This document shows, in pieces, positions 19,337-27,947 of a stretch of DNA of 64,000 nt. The stretch's first letter is position 1. Every line of letters begins with the position of its first letter. Source of the stretch: a virus (lineage: Duplodnaviria; Caudoviricetes); the IMG/VR virus record IMGVR_UViG_3300005686_000008, one strand, 5' to 3'. The translations under genes and the position numbers were made by a program. A model generated the notes under the pieces. That model worked only from the letters and a program-made list of their open reading frames with translations. It did no database searches and was not told the origin of the DNA.

Positions 19337-19410
19337 GCCCCCGTAAGCTCAATGGTAGAGTTAGGAGTCTCTAAAACTCTTTGTTGCAGGTTCGAGTCCT
19401 GCCGGGGGCG
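19337..19410 (+). tRNA. amber suppressor tRNA, anticodon CUA
   Basis: Acceptor GCCCCCG/CGGGGGC; D arm GCTC/GAGT; anticodon arm GGAGT-CTCTAAA-ACTCT; T arm GCAGG-TTCGAGT-CCTGC. Confidence 0.85.
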
Positions 19411-19413
19411 TTT

Positions 19414-19626
19414 ATGGATTTCAAGTATTTAGAACGAAAGCATGGGAGGGCTTTTGTTGTTCAATTGAGAAAAGATTTCAAGGATTTTGAAACTCATATT
19501 AACAATGGAGGCTTTGTTCCCGGCGGAGGCTGGTGCAGCTGTCACGAAAGATATGACTGTCCATGCTGGAAAGAAAGATGGCCTGACCTTGCAAACGAAC
19601 CTTATCCAAGAAAGAAACAATTATGA
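19414..19626 (+). CDS. hypothetical protein
   Basis: ATG just after tRNA; Cys cluster. Confidence 0.5.
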   Translation: MDFKYLERKHGRAFVVQLRKDFKDFETHINNGGFVPGGGWCSCHERYDCPCWKERWPDLANEPYPRKKQL

Positions 19627-19835
19627 TTTATGCATTTGCATGGGATTGCTATTCTAATCAGCCTTGGCTCTTTGTAGCTAAAGACGAACAAGAAATGCTT
19701 GAAAAGCTAAAGAGAGAGTTCAAAGAGATAGGTAATACTCTCAAAGAACTAAAAGAAAATCTTCGCAAGTCTGATTTTGGGCAGGGGTCTAGGGGTGGAA
19801 ATTTTGAAATCGTAACCCCAAGAGAACCAAAATGA
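19623..19835 (+). CDS. hypothetical protein
   Basis: ATGA overlaps. Confidence 0.55.
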   Translation: MIYAFAWDCYSNQPWLFVAKDEQEMLEKLKREFKEIGNTLKELKENLRKSDFGQGSRGGNFEIVTPREPK

Positions 19836-20071
19836 AATTTGAGATAGAAGGTAAAGTTCTTATTGCAAATCAACGGCAAGTAAACGGCCCGGATACTTGT
19901 CGGGAGTTAGATATTACTTACCTGTGTTCCATGCAAGATGCTGATGGCGATTTTATTGGAAATGATAATATCCATATTTCTCTTCCTTATAATATGAAGT
20001 TCAAAGAATCTGCTTTGATGAATATGGAAGGTAAAAGGATTAAAATAACAGTTGAATTGGAGACAGCGTAA
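19832..20071 (+). CDS. hypothetical protein
   Basis: ATGA overlap. Confidence 0.55.
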   Translation: MKFEIEGKVLIANQRQVNGPDTCRELDITYLCSMQDADGDFIGNDNIHISLPYNMKFKESALMNMEGKRIKITVELETA

Positions 20072-20515
20072 ATGTACACAACTCTTTCTCTCAAACAAGT
20101 TGACGAAGTTTTCAAGAACGATGGTCTTATTTTAATCATTCTTCATGAAAAACATGGGACTCGTAACGTTGTATCTGAATCTTCTGATGGTTTTTTCAAG
20201 TTCTTTCTTGAACTTCTTAAGGACCGCAAAGATTTTGGCTACTTCCATGAGCCTGATGAACCTCAGAGTCCAAGCATGTCAGAAGATGCTGCTAATGCAT
20301 TACCAGCTGGACCTGTCAAGAAAATGGCTTTGGCAGAAATTGAAAACTACAAGCAAAGTCTCAGGTTCTACAAAAATGATAGAAACGAGTTCTTGACTGT
20401 CAATAAGGCGCTGGAAGAGGGAAATGGTCGTCTTGCTTATTCTATACTTAAATCTCGTTCCGATATGGGAGCTGAGTACGAAGAAATGACAGTTGAAGAG
20501 CCGGAGTATGCCTAA
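20072..20515 (+). CDS. hypothetical protein
   Basis: Packed ORF. Confidence 0.6.
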   Translation: MYTTLSLKQVDEVFKNDGLILIILHEKHGTRNVVSESSDGFFKFFLELLKDRKDFGYFHEPDEPQSPSMSEDAANALPAGPVKKMALAEIENYKQSLRFYKNDRNEFLTVNKALEEGNGRLAYSILKSRSDMGAEYEEMTVEEPEYA

Positions 20516-20829
20516 TGGTTAAGACAACTATTGTTGAAGTGAGTCAGTTTCTTCCTCCGAATGGTAGAAGGATTGTGGCTCAAGTGGAACTCCCGTCTCA
20601 TATTAAAGAAAAATACGAATCTATTATAAGTAGCGGATGTAGACTGACTTATGAGGTTCTTGGCAATGGCGTGGCTTCTATGACAATAGAAGAACCCGCT
20701 CTTGGCGATTTCGTGATTAGGCTATCTCCGTCTGGTCAAAAAGCCGATTTGGTTCTTACCAAAATGATTGAGTCCTTTAACCAAGAGGAATTCGATAAAT
20801 GGAAGAACCAAAGAAAACAATTCATGTAA
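20515..20829 (+). CDS. hypothetical protein
   Basis: TAATG overlap. Confidence 0.6.
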   Translation: MVKTTIVEVSQFLPPNGRRIVAQVELPSHIKEKYESIISSGCRLTYEVLGNGVASMTIEEPALGDFVIRLSPSGQKADLVLTKMIESFNQEEFDKWKNQRKQFM

Positions 20830-20947
20830 AAGATTCCAAATCCGCCAGCGAACAAAAAACTCCGCAAGGCGGCAAATATCACAAGTATATCTTTAAGAAA
20901 ACTCGCCCAAATAGGTTTTCTGCTGCCAAAAATAATAGGCGAGATCA

Positions 20948-21895
20948 ATGACAAAATATGATCTTTACAAAAGAAATGAAAAAATGATAAGGGAAGAATG
21001 GTTCAAAAACCATATTCCTGAGCTTGTCATTTTTCAAGATGATTTTATCAAAATCAAATGGAAAGAACCCGGTACATGGAATATGGCCGTTGTTTACTAC
21101 ATTGACTGTAAGATGGCTTATCTTATGGTTGCTGGTGATCTTGGAGAAGCAACTTATCAATGGTCAGCCCCGATTAGTCTTGATTTCGTCGGCGGATGCA
21201 ACTTAGATTACTTCAATGGCAAATGCAGAGCGAGTTCATGCGGAGAACGAGGCCAAGAGTGGAGTCAGGAAGTTGCAGAAGATTGGGTTCGTTCCTATAT
21301 TGAAGATCATACTCTTGGAGAAGATCAAGGCGATTCTATTTTCGAGTCTTTGTTTTCAGATGGATATGTTGAAGGTCTTCTCAAAGAAAAAGACCCAGAG
21401 ATTGCTCGCTTCTATACAGAAGAAGACTACAAGAGTTGGCGAGAGATTTCTAGAGAAGAAAAAAACAGGTTTATTGCGATTGCCAAAGAATATCTAAGCA
21501 ATCTTGCTAAGACTTCTGAGTGGAAGAAGTTTAGTAAGGTTGATTATCGCAGAGAACTCATTGAAAAGCAAGAAAAGTTTGAGGATTTAGGCCCTGACGC
21601 TATTGGCGCTTGCGAATCTGAGTTTTCTTGGCTTAGGTGGATAGGTGATAATGGATACGAGTTCTTTGGTGATGACTACTACGAGTTTGGAGATATTGGA
21701 CGCACCATATCTCTTCGGGTTCAATCTCACCTAATTGGACTAAAAATGATTCGCGAAGGTATACTTGCCGGCAAGTATATGAATCCTAGTACCAGATGTC
21801 CCTGGCTAAAGTTTTCGAATTGGTTCAGGGGGAAGTTCAAAAAAATCACAAAAATCCGTGGTCCCAGGCTAAACTTTCTGCGGAAAAGCCGATAG
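20948..21895 (+). CDS. hypothetical phage protein
   Basis: 315-aa ORF; L.VAGDLGEA.Y..YF.GK motif. Confidence 0.7.
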   Translation: MTKYDLYKRNEKMIREEWFKNHIPELVIFQDDFIKIKWKEPGTWNMAVVYYIDCKMAYLMVAGDLGEATYQWSAPISLDFVGGCNLDYFNGKCRASSCGERGQEWSQEVAEDWVRSYIEDHTLGEDQGDSIFESLFSDGYVEGLLKEKDPEIARFYTEEDYKSWREISREEKNRFIAIAKEYLSNLAKTSEWKKFSKVDYRRELIEKQEKFEDLGPDAIGACESEFSWLRWIGDNGYEFFGDDYYEFGDIGRTISLRVQSHLIGLKMIREGILAGKYMNPSTRCPWLKFSNWFRGKFKKITKIRGPRLNFLRKSR

Positions 21896-21902
21896 AGTAA
21901 GA

Positions 21903-22065
21903 GTAGAGTTGTTCGGAAAGTCTGGTATATGTCTCGTATAAACCCTTTTGAAGGCGGGGCAAGCCGCCGCCCGTAAGAGGGGTAGGGTGTAAAAGTACAC
22001 CACCTATGATCAGGGTGGAAGTTGGCTCCCAACCAGCGTTTACCAGATTTTTCGAACAACTCTGC
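21903..22065 (+). ncRNA. structured RNA of unknown family (leader of Pth2-like gene)
   Basis: ~25-bp closing stem GTAGAGTTGTTCGGAAAGTCTGGTA/TACCAGATTTTTCGAACAACTCTGC enclosing GC-rich hairpins (GGCGG/CCGCC, GGTGTA/TACACC, ACCCT/AGGGT). Confidence 0.6.
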
Positions 22066-22081
22066 ATAAAAGGAGTTCAAA

Positions 22082-23281
22082 ATGACGTAGGTACAAACAC
22101 AACCCGTATACTTGTATGTTCTCGTAAGGGAAGACCTTACACCCGTTTCTCAAGTCGCCGTTCAATCGGCGCATGCGGTTATTGAGGCCATTCGAACCTT
22201 TGCTCCCGGCTAGAACCAGGAACATCCGCATCTTGTTCTTCTTTCCGTGAAAAACGAAGAAGAGCTACTGAAGGCCCATGATCGCCTTCAGTATTTTGGC
22301 ATTCAGGTCGCCAAGTTCCAAGAACCTGATTTACTTCGCAAAATTGATACAAAACTTCTTGTAGACCGAAGTAATCCAGTTTCTAAACTGATCAATGGTC
22401 ATCGAGAGTTTAGCAATGTTGCAAGTTTTGCAACATGGAACACAATTTTCTTTGGTATACCCCAAAGAATTGTCAGTTCTATCAATTCCATTATAAACAA
22501 ACCCTCTTTTGCTAAATGGCTTAAGTATTGTTGCTGGTTTTTGACCACAGTATATGCAATCGCTTTGTGTAAGCCTCTTAATATCTTCAAAAGACAAATT
22601 AAAAGATTTGTTTCGTTCTTTTGCACTCTTCTTGTAACTAGCAAACAAAATATTGAAAGGTCCATCAGGATTCCTGATCGAAGTTTTCCAACTACATCCG
22701 CAATTATCGGAAATTCCGCTTCTGAGATTGTGTCCAGAAACAATTTTTTGAGTTCCGCAGGAACATTTACAAAGAAAATACCTACCTCTTCCAGTTATAT
22801 GAGAGGGGCGAGGAACTACAGAAATGACCTTCCATTTCCCGTAAACTTTGCCTGTTTCATCTTTTCCAGTGTTTTGAGTTTGACCAAGGCAGCCACAACT
22901 TTTACTTGTTCCATTGCGAAGACTCTTGCCCATTACCATACGTTGTGTTTTATTAGGACATTGGCATTCGCAAAAGAAAAACTTTGCACTAGAAACAATC
23001 CCTTCAGGTTTTTTGCCTTCAGAAATAACCTTCCATCTACCAAAGATACTACCAATAGGAATTTCAATTTTCATATCCCCTCCAATAAAGTAGTATCGAC
23101 TGTTTCTTCAATAAACAATAATTGCGATAGTTACGAAATAACAGCTATCGCTACGGAACCGCTTCCTGCGGACTCCAAGCTGCGCCGCAAGTTTAGTTGC
23201 TACAACCTTCTCAATTTAGATCCTGGCGAAACCTCTCAAAAAGAGACTGAGCTATCCCCTGCGCGAAAGGAAACTATATGA
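22082..23281 (+). CDS. Pth2-like peptidyl-tRNA hydrolase with two in-frame TAG codons and a large in-frame insertion
   Basis: SD AAGGAG; MT*VQTQPVYLYVLVREDL..QVAVQSAHA..PG*NQEHPHLVLLSVKNEEELL..FQEPD[insert]EITAIATEP..RKFS..LL; TAG at 22088 and 22211. Confidence 0.7.
22331..23074 (-). CDS. HNH-type homing endonuclease (antisense, inside Pth2-like gene)
   Basis: Two G..GxWKVIS..CxCxC..LR.G.S..CGC repeats; CIYCG..NGIDRTDNSLGYTKENCVPCCKTCN; SD GGAGGG; only convincing minus-strand gene. Confidence 0.85.
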   Translation of the reverse strand: MKIEIPIGSIFGRWKVISEGKKPEGIVSSAKFFFCECQCPNKTQRMVMGKSLRNGTSKSCGCLGQTQNTGKDETGKVYGKWKVISVVPRPSHITGRGRYFLCKCSCGTQKIVSGHNLRSGISDNCGCSWKTSIRNPDGPFNILFASYKKSAKERNKSFNLSFEDIKRLTQSDCIYCGQKPATILKPFSKRGFVYNGIDRTDNSLGYTKENCVPCCKTCNIAKLSMTIDQFRNWITSVYKKFCINFAK

Positions 23282-23841
23282 ACAGTTTTCCCGTCATTGT
23301 TATCAGCCATATTCAAGATTGCGAACTTGGAAGTTATTTCAGAGGCGAATGCGATTGGAGGCACTGCAAAAGCGCCAACATGGAAACGGGCATTTTCAAC
23401 TCTCTTGAAGATATTGCCAATCATATCGTAAAGCTTGACAGACAATTCTTTGATGAAGTTCAAAGAACTAACTTCTATAGCGAGTTTGAAGAAAAGATCG
23501 CCAGGAACATTACCAAAGAACACGACCCAAAGTTTGAATATTCTCACTTGATTATTTCCAAGAACAGTTTTTCTGATGATAACTTCGGTATCAGCGGAGA
23601 AAACGGGACCATTAATACTCCGACAGACTGGGAATACACGGATGAACTTCTGAAACTCGTTGTTCAGAAAAAGAAAACCGCAACAGCAAATAGGCTTGCA
23701 AATGAGGAGAAACAAAAGATAGAAAAGGAGCAAAAGCAAAAACAACAAGAACAGCAAGAGCAAGAAAGAATGCGTTTGTTAAATGAGGAGCATGATAAAC
23801 AAGAATATGCTCGTCTCAAGGAAAAGTACGAAAACAAGTAA
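23278..23841 (+). CDS. hypothetical protein with coiled-coil tail
   Basis: ATGA overlap; Q/E/K-rich C-terminus. Confidence 0.6.
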   Translation: MNSFPVIVISHIQDCELGSYFRGECDWRHCKSANMETGIFNSLEDIANHIVKLDRQFFDEVQRTNFYSEFEEKIARNITKEHDPKFEYSHLIISKNSFSDDNFGISGENGTINTPTDWEYTDELLKLVVQKKKTATANRLANEEKQKIEKEQKQKQQEQQEQERMRLLNEEHDKQEYARLKEKYENK

Positions 23842-23866
23842 CCATTTTTAGAAAGGAAAACAGTTT

Positions 23867-24322
23867 ATGACTACGACTCAGAATATTCAGAAGAACAAGT
23901 TCAATCAGGACGCTTATCAAAGCCGTTGGGGTTTCCATGCTTGCGATTACCAGACTTTCCTCAAGATTAAGAAGCTTTATGGCTTCTATTGGAAGGCTCT
24001 TCGTCGTAATGGCGAATGGAATCGCTGGAATAGGAAGGAGCCTCAAAATAGGATTCTTCGCAAGTGGTATCGTAATGCTCAGGGACAAAAGACTGGATAC
24101 GAGATTGTTGGGCCTAAGCCTGAACCTAAGCTGTATCCTGTTTTCGGTGCTTTGAATTATGTTCTTCAGGGAGACCATGCTCTGAAGGCTATGGGAGTTG
24201 TTGATGCTTACTTGACTGCAAGGCATCCTTATCCAACTGCCGAAGAGGTTCCTCAACTTGGATTGACAATTGAGCAGATCAACAATATGCTCGCTCATCT
24301 TGAAGAGTTTGAGGCTCAATAA
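23867..24322 (+). CDS. hypothetical protein
   Basis: SD AAGGA; followed by terminator. Confidence 0.7.
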   Translation: MTTTQNIQKNKFNQDAYQSRWGFHACDYQTFLKIKKLYGFYWKALRRNGEWNRWNRKEPQNRILRKWYRNAQGQKTGYEIVGPKPEPKLYPVFGALNYVLQGDHALKAMGVVDAYLTARHPYPTAEEVPQLGLTIEQINNMLAHLEEFEAQ

Positions 24323-24327
24323 ATATA

Positions 24328-24359
24328 AGCCACCTAGGAGAAATCTTAGGTGGTTGTTT
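24328..24359 (+). terminator. intrinsic terminator
   Basis: AGCCACCTAGGA-GAAA-TCTTAGGTGGTT followed by GTTT. Confidence 0.6.
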
Positions 24360-24706
24360 GGTGAAAAGTTACAGGAAACCGTAAAAAGTGAAAAACGATT
24401 GCCTATGCTTGATAGGTCTTTGGCGATTTCCTAGTTCCCCATGATGGCGATATCCCTCCAGAAATGCGTTTTTAGGCCCCACAAGGGCTAAAAATCGAGT
24501 TTTCTCATATTTGCGACGTATAGACGCAAGTTTTAGATGAAACGAAATTACAGAAATAGAACGGCTTTAGACGATGGGTTATTGGTGAAACTCAAATGGT
24601 TAGCATCTACTACCTACCGATAAGGGTAGTTCATAGATAGGGTCAATGGCTAAGAAGCGGGTCATGACTCAAAACAGGTTCGCTTCATTCGAAAAGGATC
24701 GATGAA

Positions 24707-25897
24707 ATGTTGAAGATTAACACAATGCTTGCAGTTCTGGGTATGGCGCTCGCTACAACGAGCTATGGCCAGACGGCGGTTTCTAATGAAGACCGCTCTT
24801 TGACTACGGCTCTTATTGCTGATGCTCAGACCAGAACTGGCTGCGACAGCAATGGTGTAACCGGACATGATTCGTCCGGTTTCTTTCTTTCCGGCAATGA
24901 CGGTTTTAGGATGAATATTGGCGGCGACTTCCAGTTCCGCTATACCTATAACAACAGCGATGATGCTGATGCAGAGTATGGGTTTAATATTCCTCTTACC
25001 CGTCTTCGTTTCAACGGAACGATTCATAACAGTCTTGACTTTATGATCGAGCCGGGCTTTAACGATGACAGCGGCGACGTAGACCTGTATAATGCCTTCA
25101 TTGGTTGGCAGGCTATGGATAATGGAAGGTTGCAGTTTGGTCAGTTCCAGCTTCCTTTCTTGAGGGAAGATAGCACTCCCGACCGCTTCCAGCTTGCTGC
25201 TGATAAGTCCATCATGTCTTACATCTTTGGTCAGGGATACTCCCAGGGCGTTCAGTTTGCATATGACGCTGGCGATTTCCGCATGATTGGAGCCTTCTCT
25301 GACGGATTCAATTCTGCCAATACGGATTACACAGATCCTGCTGAGGCTGATTATTCCCTGACTGCAAGGGCTGAGTATCTTGTTGCTGGATCTAGGTCTG
25401 ATTTCTCAGACTTTACTGCTCAACAGAATCAGCAGAACTCCCTGCTCTTGGGCGGCGCTGTAAACTACCAGGACAGCGACCTTCAGAGTAATGTATTCTC
25501 CTATACGGGAGATGTTTCTTGGGAGAACAGCGGATGGAATGCCTATCTTGCTGGCGTAGGTCGTAATATGGACGATCTTGGCGAGAGCTTCAACGATTAC
25601 GGCGTTGAGCTTCAGGGCGGATATAGGGTTACTGAACAGATTGAGCCGTTCGTTCGTTACGATGCAATCTTTGCTGATAGCGCAAGGAATCTTGCGAACG
25701 ACGACATGAACTTCCTTACCGCTGGCGTAAACTATTACCTTTACGGTCATGCGGCCAAGTTTACTGCTGATGCGGTCTGGTCTCTGGATGACACTTCTGG
25801 TCTTAGCTCTTTGGGCGATTTCTCTCATACGGGAGTCCTCGGTTCACCTGAAGACAATGAGATCACTCTCCGTCTCCAGTTCCAAGTTCTCTTCTAA
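24707..25897 (+). CDS. outer-membrane porin (OprO/P-like, planctomycete-type)
   Basis: Signal peptide; FQFRY, RLRFNG, FGQFQLPF, GVNYY, C-terminal LRLQFQVLF beta-barrel signature. Confidence 0.8.
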   Translation: MLKINTMLAVLGMALATTSYGQTAVSNEDRSLTTALIADAQTRTGCDSNGVTGHDSSGFFLSGNDGFRMNIGGDFQFRYTYNNSDDADAEYGFNIPLTRLRFNGTIHNSLDFMIEPGFNDDSGDVDLYNAFIGWQAMDNGRLQFGQFQLPFLREDSTPDRFQLAADKSIMSYIFGQGYSQGVQFAYDAGDFRMIGAFSDGFNSANTDYTDPAEADYSLTARAEYLVAGSRSDFSDFTAQQNQQNSLLLGGAVNYQDSDLQSNVFSYTGDVSWENSGWNAYLAGVGRNMDDLGESFNDYGVELQGGYRVTEQIEPFVRYDAIFADSARNLANDDMNFLTAGVNYYLYGHAAKFTADAVWSLDDTSGLSSLGDFSHTGVLGSPEDNEITLRLQFQVLF

Positions 25898-25922
25898 ATC
25901 TACTTGAAGTTTGCACAAGTTC

Positions 25923-25951
25923 AAGGGCCGTCCACTCGGGCGGCCCTTTTT
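25923..25951 (+). terminator. intrinsic terminator
   Basis: AAGGGCCGTCC-ACTC-GGGCGGCCCTTTTT. Confidence 0.8.
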
Positions 25952-25971
25952 GCTTGATGCTATAATGTCTT

Positions 25972-26595
25972 ATGTCTATCTTTCAATATCAATGCACTAT
26001 TTGCAAGAAGTTTCACGATTCCATATCTGAGGCGTCCTCTTGTAAAGAAAACTGTCTCAAGAACAAAGACAGCAGGAATGTCATTGATATATACAAGTAT
26101 TGGAAAACAGAGGCAATAAAGGCAGACCTTGACAAGAAGCGCCACAATTTTTCTGTTTTGATTACAAATCACTTCCATGACTTCAATATTGGGGCTGTTA
26201 TTCGTAACGCAAACGCCTTTCTCGCTTCCAAGGTTTATATATTGGGCAAGAAAAAGTTTGACGCAAGAGGGGCGGTTGGAACAAACCACTATGAGAATCT
26301 GGTGAATATTGATTCGATGGACGATTTACCTCTTGGGAGCGTTATTATTGGATTTGATGATGTTCCTAAAGCAAAGCCGATAGATAGCTATTTGTGGAAT
26401 AAATCTCAACATATTATCATGTGTTTTGGGCAAGAAAGCGTTGGTCTTACCGAAAATGTCCTAAGTCGATGCAATGAAGTCTTGTATATAAGACAGTATG
26501 GCTCAGTAAGAAGCCTAAATGTTGGTTGCGCAAGCGCTATTGCAATGTTCTCGTATTGCCAGCAACTTATCGGAGGACAAAGGCTTGAAAAATAG
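25972..26595 (+). CDS. SpoU/TrmH family RNA methyltransferase
   Basis: NIGAVIRNA, FGQESVGL, IRQYGSVRSLNVGCASAI. Confidence 0.9.
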   Translation: MSIFQYQCTICKKFHDSISEASSCKENCLKNKDSRNVIDIYKYWKTEAIKADLDKKRHNFSVLITNHFHDFNIGAVIRNANAFLASKVYILGKKKFDARGAVGTNHYENLVNIDSMDDLPLGSVIIGFDDVPKAKPIDSYLWNKSQHIIMCFGQESVGLTENVLSRCNEVLYIRQYGSVRSLNVGCASAIAMFSYCQQLIGGQRLEK

Positions 26596-26621
26596 TAGGT
26601 AAGTAGAAAGAGAAACTTCAT

Positions 26622-26864
26622 ATGACAGATAACCTACCTTCCTTTGGTAAACCATTCAAACCTGTCGTTTTTGCAAGGTTCATGTTAGAAAACGGCGATT
26701 CGATATCAATAGAAGGAAACTCGATAACTCAAGTGTTTTTTGAAATGCACAAGAGATTTCCGGAAAACTTCAAATATAAGTCGATAGAGTTTTCTGGGAA
26801 AGACCATGAAGAAGCAAAAAAGAACATGGAAGAATTTTTCTTCCTTGTAAAGAAATATGGATAG
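26622..26864 (+). CDS. hypothetical protein (paralog of 27133..27447)
   Basis: Shared DSI..G..F....FPE..K...SG....AK.N pattern. Confidence 0.55.
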   Translation: MTDNLPSFGKPFKPVVFARFMLENGDSISIEGNSITQVFFEMHKRFPENFKYKSIEFSGKDHEEAKKNMEEFFFLVKKYG

Positions 26865-26869
26865 TAAAC

Positions 26870-27118
26870 ATGGAAAAGCACAGTAAAGCAGCATTGGATT
26901 CTATTTCATGTCCGTTCGCAGTAAACTTTGCTGATTTCAATTTTGGCAGCATACGGTCTGTTATTTCTGTAGACGATTATGCATGTTCCATAATCGTTGA
27001 AACAGAAGATAATCAAAGATTCCTTATTGAAATTCCGAAGAATATTTTTTCTGCAATATGGAGTGCAGGAGAGAAGAATGTTATCGAGCAGGATCCTGGA
27101 TTCAATGATATGTACTAA
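26870..27118 (+). CDS. hypothetical protein
   Basis: Packed ORF. Confidence 0.55.
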   Translation: MEKHSKAALDSISCPFAVNFADFNFGSIRSVISVDDYACSIIVETEDNQRFLIEIPKNIFSAIWSAGEKNVIEQDPGFNDMY

Positions 27119-27132
27119 ACGAGGGAGGAGCT

Positions 27133-27447
27133 ATGAAAAGGATGGCGGCATTTGATTTTGAAATAGTTAGATTACTAGGACCGCCAAGAATAAGCTGTAA
27201 GTTTATAACAGACACAAATGATTCTATTACTTTTTATGGCGATACCGTTGAAGACATATTTGAACAATGCAAAAACAAGTTTCCAGAAGGCATGAAAACT
27301 AAAGGCATTATACTAAGCGGAGCAAATCCGATAGATGCCAAATATAACTTCTGCGCTTTAATAAGTCTTGGCCTAAGTAGCGGTTATTTCAAAGATACCG
27401 ATTTCAATGGACAAGATGAAGAACAAGAAAACGAAGATGAGCAATAG
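27133..27447 (+). CDS. hypothetical protein (paralog of 26622..26864)
   Basis: SD GGAGGAG; shared motif. Confidence 0.6.
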   Translation: MKRMAAFDFEIVRLLGPPRISCKFITDTNDSITFYGDTVEDIFEQCKNKFPEGMKTKGIILSGANPIDAKYNFCALISLGLSSGYFKDTDFNGQDEEQENEDEQ

Positions 27448-27853
27448 CGACCAGCTAAGTTCTGAGCCTGAATTTTCTCAAGAATATGGATGTATTCCTA
27501 ACAATTATACTCTTTACGCTCATTCGTGGACATCAGAAATTCATGTAAGTAAAAGGGTTGAAGAAATGACATTCCCATCAGATATTTTTGCTCGTATATT
27601 CGAATATGATAAAGAGTCTGCTCTTACTCTTCTGTTTATGCAATCTTGTATAGATAGCAGAACCAATAAAGAGGTAACTCCAGAATTCCTAGAAAAAACC
27701 TACACAAAGGTTTCCGCTATAGCTAAAAAACTTGCCAGTCAGATGGAAGAGGCTCAGAGAAAGAAAAACCGAGATGTACTATCTACGCCTCAGCCCTGTT
27801 CTCCTCTTGAAAAAAATCCATGCAAGTCTTTGGAGATGAGAGTCCCAATGTGA
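27437..27853 (+). CDS. hypothetical protein
   Basis: Overlapping ORF. Confidence 0.55.
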   Translation: MSNSDQLSSEPEFSQEYGCIPNNYTLYAHSWTSEIHVSKRVEEMTFPSDIFARIFEYDKESALTLLFMQSCIDSRTNKEVTPEFLEKTYTKVSAIAKKLASQMEEAQRKKNRDVLSTPQPCSPLEKNPCKSLEMRVPM

Positions 27854-27947
27854 CTCTTTTGGTGCTTTGCTTTTTAGTAGACGCCGACTAAACTTTCTAT
27901 CTCTAACTGAATGGTGTCTCAGCAGACAAACATTGAGGATATACCAA

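Noticed and set aside
19337-19410. tRNA-Pyl
   Set aside because: Loop CTCTAAA matches, but the D loop (GG), T loop (TTCGA) and variable region are canonical, and no pyl genes are in the window
22331-23135. Intein or group I intron in the Pth2-like gene
   Set aside because: No Cys/Ser intein start or His-Asn end block; nearly all of the insert is the antisense HNH, leaving no room for a ribozyme core
22247-23281. Standalone 344-aa gene starting at GTG 22247 as given in the ORF track
   Set aside because: No RBS there, and the Pth2 motifs continue upstream in the same frame through two TAGs to ATG 22082
24360-24700. Riboswitch or replication origin
   Set aside because: Hairpins are present but I could not recognise an aptamer consensus, iterons or DnaA-box cluster
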